Shown here: one piece after another, positions 54,326-64,000 of the stretch
Layout of the letters: the number at the start of each line of letters is the position of its first letter
Position numbering within the stretch: position 1 is the first letter of the stretch
NCBI GenBank assembly: GCA_023515725.1
Contig: JALDTO010000237.1
Coordinates: 186,001-250,000, forward strand
Reading direction: 5' to 3'
DNA length: 64,000 nucleotides
Source of the DNA: Amoeboaphelidium protococcarum X5
Lineage: Eukaryota > Fungi > Aphelidiomycota
Notes under the pieces: model-generated
Seen by the model: only the letters and a program-made list of their open reading frames with translations
The model's database searches: none
What the model was told of the DNA's origin: nothing
Position numbers and translations under genes: made by a program

Positions 54326-56156
54326 AGAATTTGAAGGTAAATGTGACTTTGGTAGAGCAATATAGACTAAAAATGCACGGAGAATGAGGAATTTATTATT
54401 ATTCTTTTTACTATTTTCTAAATGTTAAAGTTGACAAGAGAGACTTTTTGCGAGTTAGGTTGCTAATTTTAGTTTTACCATCAGATAGTGAGCGTAATCG
54501 CATGGCAGCTTCGCTCTGTAACTACTGCTAATCTTTAGTCTTAGCTTCATCTTGATATTACAACATGGATGAATTAGTGAACAACAATGCAGTAGGACCA
54601 GTGATATCTCCCGATTAAGATAATGGGGAATCTTACTAAGGCGCTTATGTAGCAAAAGGAGGCACTGTAATATCGGCATTAACCAAACTCACAGATACCA
54701 TTGGATTACTTCGCTGCCTTTCCATCACTCGCAGTCGAGGAGATTCACTCTGCGCAGCGTTCACATTCCGAGTGCTAGTACTAACTATAGACACAGCGTC
54801 ACTTGATATCTTTCTATCTTTTGACAACGTTGTGTTTTTATACTCCTCCAACTACCGCTATAATTAATCATTAGAGTATTTCAAATCTTCAACTTACTTT
54901 TAAAGATCCAAAGTATCATTGCCGTAAGTATTATCGTTATTAACAACCAAATCAGCATCAGTTTATGTGGCCTAATCTTGGCTTTCTTAGCCGTATACTA
55001 CTAAAATGTCATCAATCAACTGAAGCATTTCATCTCGTTGTAATTGACGGTCTAATACTTCAACAATCCAAGCCTGTAATTTATTCACGTAATCGTTACC
55101 ACCATCTTCAATCGCAAGAATCAATTTTCGAAGATCAGCATATGATAACACTGAAATCTATTCATATTAAACTCCATCAAATTGTACAGACTAAACATAC
55201 TAATTAAATGACAAACGTCTTCTAGTTAAAAATCTTTAAACTGATGACATTTAGTTTATCAAGAGCAATCTTCCAAATACAACTTGCCGAAATTACTCTT
55301 GCCATAAATTCTCAAATGATCGAGTGATCATGAGACAAGGTAACTCCTGCAGGGATTAGAGTAAGCGCATCTATTTAGTGAAATACGATGAGGTGGACTT
55401 ATTGTTCAAAGATAACATTCTTCTCTAACTCCTTACTTCTTACAAAGTCTTGTTCAAGTCAGTCTAATAAAATGATATCCTCCGTATACCAGATCTCAAT
55501 TATTACTAAGAGCTAGCAAACAATTCAGTAATTTAAATCAAAGTATAATCGCCAGACTTGATACGTTGAAAAGACATAAACTCACTTTCACACTTTTCAT
55601 TCAATTCTTTAACTTTATCATGATAAGACGTATGCCTATTTTTTAATGATACCAAATGATTCTTTAATTATTACACTTGTGGCTACCACTCCTCGCCAGA
55701 GTCGCTCTTAATAGAAAGAGAATCTAAAACTTTAATCATCTGAGGACAATTCAGAGTAAGAAATTTATTATGCTGTTAAATCTCCTGATGCAATGACTCT
55801 ATATTTCTAGCCAGAAGCTTACTGAAATGTTCTAGATTAAGTAGAGCAGCATAGTGAGCATTATTAATATGAAAGACATTATCTAGCGATAGAGCATCTT
55901 GTGAGAGCATTAAATTAGACGATACACTGCCCGTATTAGATATGGAAGATCGCGGACTTATAGAGCTAAATAGCAGATTATCGTATGCATAAGTCACTCT
56001 CTGGGCATCAGAAGAGATGGAAGACTGAGAGAAGGATATTCCATCAGGCTATTGCAAAAGATACTCTTTTTTCACATTCTAACCTTCACTAGTCAACAGT
56101 ACACAATTATCAATACTACTAACAGATGCGCCAGATAGAGCAGATATTATCACCAT
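54189..56156 (-). CDS. Hypothetical coiled-coil protein; true 3' end probably near 54380-54415
   Basis: Track ORFs 55776 and 54645 share one table-6 frame; first in-frame TGA lies inside the convergent NVJ2-like CDS. Confidence 0.6.
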
Positions 56157-57112
56157 TACTTACAATCAGTAAGAATCTAAATCTACTTAATCAGATAGAA
56201 TATCACTATCTCTGTTTCACTCAATGATTGAAAATAAAGCCGTTTCGAGCAGATTCAATGAGTGCAAGAAGTATTTGAGTAAAACGAAAAGATTTCCCGA
56301 CCTGTCTGTTGGAACGAGACGGCGCAATTGTTTTTGACTTTTCAGGAGATGCTCATCAATTGTTTCACAAGTTGTGCTGACTCATTTCTTTTCTATAGCA
56401 TTATTTCTCAAAGAGATGTTGTATTCAGCACAATGATGATGATGATGGAAGGTGGATCCTGAATCTATTTTATCCTCCCTGTTAACTCTTAATATCCTTG
56501 TATTGGAGCATTTTTGCAGAGTACTATTCTTAGCAAGTGCTTTTGGCGAGGAGACATGGGTAATTCAGTTGAAATGATAGTTGAAAACGTAGAAAGGCAA
56601 TTTTTTGTTTCAACTCATGATTGCAGGTTTGCCAGCTCAAACAGTTGTCTACCTATAAATGATTTCAAACTCAATTTTATTTGCCTCTAAGAGCGATGGA
56701 ACAGTAACTGAAATGTAACAAAGTCTACAGTTACATTCGATCAATCACTTGAGCCTTATTAACGCGTTGTGCGATCTTGGCCTGTGCGTTGATTGGTCAA
56801 TTGGTCAAGTGAGCTCTAAATCTAGATACTAATTGGATTGCTGATGATGATCGATAATTAATGAGCTCTCTACTTTCTTTGCTCTATAATCTCGTCAATC
56901 AAGTAATATTCACAATATAATCATTACTATTTGCGTATATTATATTGTTTTATTATTTACTGGAATTTGTTATTATATAGAATTGAAGCAATACTCTTAT
57001 AGATTAAAGATTGCTTTTTAGAATAGTGTTTGATATTATAATTGATTGATTTTTGAAATATTATCATTTGAATCTCCTCTATATAATAGATAATTAGTAT
57101 CAGTATCGAATA

Positions 57113-60100
57113 ATGATGTTTAGTAGTATCACGAATAACTCGAAGCGAAGACGCACCGTGATAGTGCAAAGATATTTGTGGGTGTTGGTTATATTCGCGT
57201 TGTTGGCTCATGGTGCGTTGGCTCAGCAAGGTACCGCCACTCCGCCAGCTTAGTAGAAGCGAGATGATTAAGTTGCTAAAACCCCGGTTTAGGCGCCATA
57301 GCAATAAACTAGACAGGCTTAGGCTGGCGCATCTACCTCACCACAGTAAAGTGATCCACCTAAGAAAGAAGAAGATGTCGACTCTCCAGTGAAGGATGAA
57401 GTCAATCCGCCACCTAAAGATACTCCTACTCCGCCTATTAAAAATGAAAACACTCCATAGCCAGGTACACCTGCTGATGGACCTGGAAAAGGAGATGCTA
57501 CTCCGACTCCTCCAGCTAAAGCTCCTACTGGACCAGGTAAAGACGATGATCCTAAGAATCCGCCTGGACCTCCAAAAGAGAATGACACTGCCCCAACTCC
57601 TGCGCCTCCGACTACCCCAAATCCGCCTATAGATGGCAATCCTACTGATCCGAAGGCTCCTCCAGGCAATGGAGATGGCCCAGGCAAGAACCCACCACCT
57701 GGCGAGGGTCCAATTGGTCCTAATTAACCACCGCCACCTTAGTCACCCACTCCTGCTCCATAGCCTTCTCCACCAATGACTCCGTCTCCACCTCCATCTC
57801 CTCCGCCTGCAGAGACTGAGCCTGCTCCTCCTAGACCGCCATAGGGACCACCTCCAACTGTTCCTAATCCTGTACCTGGTACTCCGGCTCCTGTTGATCC
57901 TGTCATTCCTCCAACTCCTGCCCCGGTTCCTTAACCACCTGCTAATCCTGCACCTGGACCTCCTTCTAATCCCGCTCCAGTGCCTGGTCCTAATCCAGCT
58001 CCATAACCAGCACCAGTACCTGCTCCGAATCCTATTCCATAACCAGCCCCAGTACCTTTACCTAATCCCGCTCCTGTTCCGTAGCCACCTGTTGGGCCTC
58101 CTGTTGACACTCCATCTCCAACTGGACCCCCATAGGAGCCAGCGCCATAACCTCCAACTCCAGCTCCACAGCCTCCAACTCCAGCTCCACAGCCTCCAAC
58201 ACCTGCACCGCCTGTCGGTCCTCCACCCGTCGTTCTACCTCCTGTAGTTCCCCCACCTGTTGTTCTACCACCGGTAGTTTAACCTCCTGTTGATTTACCA
58301 CCTGTGGTTGCGCCTCCTATCCCAGTACCGCCTATTTCGGTGCCTCCAGTCGAAAATCCTGCTCCTTCTCCTCCTTAGCCATCACCCCCTGGAAACGGTG
58401 ATGGTAGACCGCCACCTGGCGCTGGTTAGCCTCCATCTGTGCCTTCTCCCGGTTCTCCTCCAACTACACCACCGCCAGTTGTTGATGGCCCTATTGTCCC
58501 TCTGCCACCTCCAGTAGCTCTGCCTCCTGTCGCCGTAGATCCTGTTGTGGTTCCACCTGTGAAGATTGAACCACCATCTAACCAAACTCCTCCATAAGGC
58601 CCTCCTTCGTAGACCCCGCCTGGCAGACCGGCCACTCCTCCAGCTCCCGCAGAAGATAATCCTTCAGACGGAGTTAGACCACCTGCCTTGCCATTGCCGC
58701 TGACTCCTGCGCCAATTATTGGTGGCGGCCCTGTTGTGCCACCACTAAGCAGTATTGGTAATCCTATGTCACCTGCTTCGCTTGAACCTCCCTCCTCTGG
58801 CTCGGCAAGACCTTCACCCCCTGCAGAGTAGCAGGTTACTAGTGCTTCACCTCCATCTAATTCATCTCCTCCACAAGCTTAAAAACAACCAGAGCCAGCA
58901 CCTCCTTCTCTGTCAGATCTTGTATCTCCACCAAAAAGGACTTCTCCATCGCCAAATGGTGACGGCTCCTTGCCTCCTTCGTCATAACAAGGGTCTTAGC
59001 AGTCTCCTAGTATGGATTCTCCAGCCAATCCTCCCGCTCCATCAATTCCTGCATCTCCTCCTAGTCTGGCAAGAAGTTTGGTCACCAATCCTGGTATTGT
59101 TAATGATTAGCCTTCAACTGTTAGTCAAGAATCTGCCAAGCCTGATCAAGGTGTTGTACAGCAATAGAAGCCAGGTGCGAGAAACACCGAACAATCTGTT
59201 AGTGAACAGACCGTTTTCATTAATCCACCTTCTAGTGGAGCAGGATAAAGGCTTCTCAACTTGCTGCCAAACACGGCTGGATACGATAAGAGTGCTCTTG
59301 ACAATCTTCCTTCTGGTCTGGCTATTATTATTGCCGCATTTCACATGCCTTGTGGAGAGATTTGCCAATCATCATCCAATCCAACGCGCAAGACCTTCAT
59401 TGAAAAGTTTAAGGCTGACGTTGTTAGTGCAATGAAAGCTGCTGGATACGGAGCATCTCAGGAGGACAAGATTTAAGTTTTGAACATTGTTGAAGTATTG
59501 TCCGAGACTGCTATTCAGTTCACATTGTGGCCACTGTCTGACTCGACTGATTCTATTACTCAGGCTAATGCATTCAAATCCCAGTTGGATGATGCGAATA
59601 GCGCGCTGAGAAATGGTTAAATAACCAAGGATTTGGATCCGTCTGTTTTCGGTGTTGATGTCATAAAATCTCTGACTAACGATGGAGCTGCACGTCTCAC
59701 TGACTAAAATTCTCGTAACTTTATCATTGCTGGCTCAGTGATCTTTAACTGCGCGTTACTGGTTGTCTTTGGATTTGCCGTGAAGAAATATCGCGAGCGT
59801 ATTCAACAAGATCGAGTGCGTAAAGCTGAGGCTGCCAAGAATCAGAGTTGGTACTATAAGGATTTGCGTATTGATCCTAATCAGTAAGCAGAAATGGACT
59901 CTATCTTGGAGTTTGAAGCTGCTTTGAATTAGAACCAAGACGACAATGACGATGATGATGATAGCTTTATCAATGGTGTAAGTAGATTCAATTCTCCTCG
60001 AAGCTCAGCGTTCCATCAGAGACCGAAGACTATGAGTTTTGCACGCTCTGCTCTGTCCCGCTCTGTTATAACCAGTGATTTTGGTGAGAATAACACCAAT

Positions 60101-60301
60101 AACGACGAAGAGCTTGCTGATGGTGATAAGACTAGAAGAAATTCGCTGGAGACTTATTCTTTGACTGATGAAAGTTCTCTGGATTTCGCATCATTGCCTA
60201 ATATGGGATAATATTCGCTGTAATCGTCAGCTTTCACCTCAGTGACGACTTAGCCAAAGATGTCATATTAATTTGATGGCAACCAGTATGAAGAAGTTTG
60301 A
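57113..60301 (+). CDS. Proline-rich single-pass surface protein (signalling-mucin / Msb2-like architecture), 1062 aa
   Basis: Signal peptide; about 650 aa Pro-rich stalk; SEA/HMH-like domain ending FKSQLDDANSALRNGQITKDLDPS; TM FIIAGSVIFNCALLVVFGFAV followed by KKYR; cytoplasmic tail. Confidence 0.75.
58151..58210 (+). repeat. 21-bp coding tandem repeat (QPPTPAP) x about 3
   Basis: cctccaactccagctccacag repeated. Confidence 0.8.
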
Positions 60302-60395
60302 AATATAAAATTTAAAACTACGATTATAAAAAATGTCTATTCTGATTACAGTTTATTATATAATTTCTATAAAATCTTCTTCTTGAACACTCAAT

Positions 60396-61580
60396 TCATT
60401 TATAGCTTATTCTCCGTCTTTATCTAGGCCTCATTTGCTCATGCAGGTTCACAAAGTCCTAGGCGGTTCTCAAATCTTGACGAAATGCTCGACGATCACG
60501 CGCAATCTTACCAAGCTGGTCAACATCGCCAGCATGGTCAATAACCTGTCCCAAAATGGCACCCTGCTTAGCCACTTAGGCACTATCGCCTACCACCTGA
60601 CCAGCAAATCTTTTCAATGCTGCGTGTTTAGCACCAGTCCTAACAGCCTCCAATCCTTATTGTGGCAGTTTAGCTGCTTGCTGTGCAATTTACTACGCCC
60701 ATGATAACTTTGACGTTGCTTCAGTTGCAGAGCCAGCCGTAGAGGCAAGAGTAGCAGCATCTGACGCTGCGTCTATAGCAGTCAGTGACATTTACGAGGC
60801 GGATCCTACACGAGATAGACTCGATGCCACATTGCCAACATCTGCAACATCTTATGCAGCATTAGCCACCGTGGCAGCTGATGATGATGCACTTGAACTA
60901 GTACCGAGAAATGGTGCGGCCAACAGAGCAGCCTGGGGCAATGCTTCACCAAACGCGTGTCCCAGACCATGCTCCATCGTATGAGTCTTCAGAGCATGCC
61001 CCACGCCTTTCACCGTACCAACAGGATCTGTAATAGCATACTCTGCAAAATCTGCAATATCTTTAGCTGTACGCACAGGATGCAAAAATACGTTTGCAGT
61101 ACCCTCAGCGATATCTGCCACACCATCCACAGATCCATAAACGATATTGCGAGGCAAACTAATAGCTCTATACTGGAAAGCAGGATCACGGTATAAGAAG
61201 TCATTCCATGCCTCATCATATCCATCAATCAGTTCATCATCCTCTCCAAATGGTACATACATTTCAATAATCGGGACACCATCATCATCTATTTTCGGTG
61301 GCAGTACAACAGGATTCAGCTAGTATGGATGCATTTACAGTAAAACTAGATTATCTTCAGGAGGAGAAGGAGGAAGAGGAGGAGGGACAGATACCTATTA
61401 TTTATGTTGTTTTAGAGCCATAATATTGTCATTCTATTGTGAAGGCATATATGCATCACCAGTAAACGGTGCATTTGATAAATGCAAAGCAATGTCTGGC
61501 CTTTGAGTAGCATCAGCATAAACTGACATGAGAATGGATCCCGTAAAGAGAGCACATATTAATTAAGGTCGTAAAATCAT
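60396..61580 (-). CDS. Hypothetical secreted protein with Gly/Ala-rich amphipathic region
   Basis: 394-aa table-6 ORF; signal peptide MILRPQLICALFTGSILMSVYA; poly-Pro; GSVDGVADIAEG..HPVRTAKD..DPVGTVKG. Confidence 0.7.
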
Positions 61581-62149
61581 AAATTCTTTTATAAACGCGT
61601 AAACTATGCTGCAATGTTATCTAAAATAACGCAAGTGGTAATTGGATGAAAGAAAGTGATCTCAGGGGTCATTTACAATAATGGCGTAAACGCAAAGATC
61701 AAACGAAATGAAAATAGTGAAAGGGACACAAATGTCGCGTCAAGTCCAGAAAGACAAGGACGCGACCAGCAGAGTGTAAACACAAAGAGCAGTTCTGAAA
61801 TATATGTATTTCCAATTGTAATGGTTCGTACTTAGAATAGTAAAAATCATGTACGTTTCTCTTGCGAAAGTAATTCGATGCGCATCTCACAATAAAGGTG
61901 CGCATTAAAGTTGAATAGGCTATTTTGAGGCTCAACAAAGAAACTCATGCTTACGCCTCCTGATTATGCGTCAAACATTTCCTTTTAGGGACAATATGAA
62001 TGGGCCCGCTTTCCTAATCAAGCCTGAAACAGGATTAACATCACGCGTTTCATCGGTAAAGTGTCTTTAAACTTAGCAAATGTAATGAGGTTCACAAAAG
62101 AGCTACAAATTCGCATTTACCAAATACTATCAGTAAACGCAGGTAGAAA

Positions 62150-63220
62150 AGTATGTTGAAGAAGAAGTTGGAACGTTTTAACAAAAAGCAGTTGGTATAA
62201 ATTGCGTAACGCGTTGCTGTTATAACTGACCACTGTACTCGTGATGGAACCATTCAGAATATTCTTAGTTCTGGTTTATCTGTAAAACAATACAGTTCCT
62301 TCCACTGGGTGGTGATCGTGGGCACACCACTGAGATACACGATTTAAAGTCGCCTGCTTTGATCTTGGTTCCTCAAACGTCACCCATACCATCAGCATCT
62401 GGGCGCTCTCTAAAGTAAGATCGTGTCACTGACTCTGGGCTGCAGGGGTTGCATGATCTAAAAATCTCCAATGTTCTTGCGGGTAATTAGAGAAAAAGAC
62501 TTTACCAGATAGTTCTACAAGTTTTTTGTAGAGCACGTGGCTGAAACAAAGTCCATGGATGCCGTCAAACAGATAGCAGGAACTGGAGACGTTCCCCCTA
62601 ATGATGACTTGAATATGGTGCAATATGTAGCAAGTTGCGCTCAGAGTATGTTGTTATGTACTTTTGATAACGAAGATCGATATATAGGACTTAAGTCAAG
62701 TAATGCATAAAGGTATCACCGCTTTGAATGAGTGCAAGTTGTCAAAGGACCTCACTAAGCTAAAGATTTAAGTCCTGTCAGATAGCCTCAATCATATGAC
62801 CAATATGTGCAAATACTATAACTTCTTGGTGAGTGAATGTGTATTATGCGGACAATGTGCTGAGGATCAGATTCATGTGTTCAATTGTAAAGGAAGAAGA
62901 GAAGGCACTTGAACATGTCGGACGCTATAGAGCTGTACAGGTGCTGGCTCCAAAGAGCTGGACCTGTCAAGATTAATTAAGGGTGCAACTTATGCATTCC
63001 TTCCTGTAGGGCGCTAAGTAGAAACCAGTAGGTGGACAAAGCGGATACTTGACCGTGTGATACAGCCACTAATAAAGTTTATTCATTCAGGTAGCATTAT
63101 TGACTTAAGGCGAATAATTATTGGCAGCTATGAACCACAAGGAACGCGCAACCTTGCTGCAATTATGCTTTGCGTCACCTCTGCTACAATATATTATTAC
63201 AAACCTTCCTTTAAATGAGT
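62150..63220 (+). mobile_element. Degenerate non-LTR retrotransposon 3' remnant
   Basis: Broken frames; LTKLKIQVLSDSL..CVLCGQCAEDQIHVFNC (62838-62888) matches the LINE C-terminal CCHC knuckle pattern. Confidence 0.4.
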
Positions 63221-64000
63221 TGGCTTAAAGTTTTCTCTCGTTATTGAATGCTGCGCAATCTACTCCGCAATAGGTTGAACCTGATTCGAGCTTGGGATTT
63301 CCGTCTGATGAATTCGAAGAATTTGAAAGTGAGTATCCACGCACCTCTGAACTTTGAGTTGGTTTAATTAATATTTAAGCATATTGTTCCATGATAGTTT
63401 ATTGATTTTACCTCCTTAGAACGCTCTTAACAGTATGATGTTATTTACTTTACTTCTACGGCGCATGCTACTGTATATACGGCCTTTCTAAATGCGGAGT
63501 TAAGAAAGTAGTAATCAGGTCAGTCCAAAACTGCGCTGATTCGATTACTTTTTCTAGACTGAGTCGAATCACTTGATACTTTACAGAATCCTTGTATTAC
63601 GTGTATTCTACAATTTAGAAAAGTGGTAGAAGCATTGCATTATTTCGCAACGCGAAATCGTAACTCGATCGCCGCTCTCATCTTCATGACCGCACTCTTT
63701 TGACCTTTTTTCGATTGGATCAGTCATTGCCTTTCGCTAAAAGATCAATAAATTTTAATCTCAAACTGCTAAAAGGCTTTTCAGAACAATCACCATCTCC
63801 TTTCTGCTTGATGAAATCTAAGAGACTCAGTACTGGACGTTAGAGTGCTGATAATTAACGACGACCGCTCGGCGCGAATAAAGGCAGCATTAAGAAATAG
63901 AGGCGAAGTAATAATAACAATAGGACTGGACTTGAAAAGTTGGAAAACGATCTTAATCATGACTTTACAGAGTTCCGCGTACCTACTACAGCTAAGCGGA

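Noticed and set aside
57319-59435. Leu/His-rich and Gly-rich ORFs in the track
   Set aside because: Alternative-frame and antisense shadows of the Pro-rich gene

Overview
This is a compact, gene-dense eukaryotic window with few short GT-AG introns and a fungal-like gene set. It uses a non-standard nuclear code: TAA/TAG read as Gln and TGA is the only stop (table 6), which is why the supplied ORF track is fragmented. Fungal-type genes plus this code point to an aphelid such as Amoeboaphelidium (inference). Re-translating by hand gives about 33 host genes, including DUG3, TGS1, COQ7, DOHH, VID27, tropomyosin, b5-ACAD, ESS2, an SLT2-like MAPK, TRAPPC8, ECM33-like, F-box/LRR, DRS1, DCP2, TTC39, an M16 peptidase, OMS1, Y14, FATP and NVJ2/TEX2. 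Two foreign elements are hidden by the code. (1) An intact 745-aa Fanzor2/TnpB-family RNA-guided nuclease gene (6780-9017, minus) has a rearranged RuvC triad, a poly-Lys NLS and no zinc ribbon; a candidate pseudoknotted omegaRNA lies just downstream. (2) An endogenous CRESS-DNA virus (about 32604-35081) has an intact table-6 Rep, a 5'-truncated capsid, and a 706-bp inverted duplication of Rep that could form a long hairpin dsRNA. All calls come from manual translation and motif recognition; no database searches were run.
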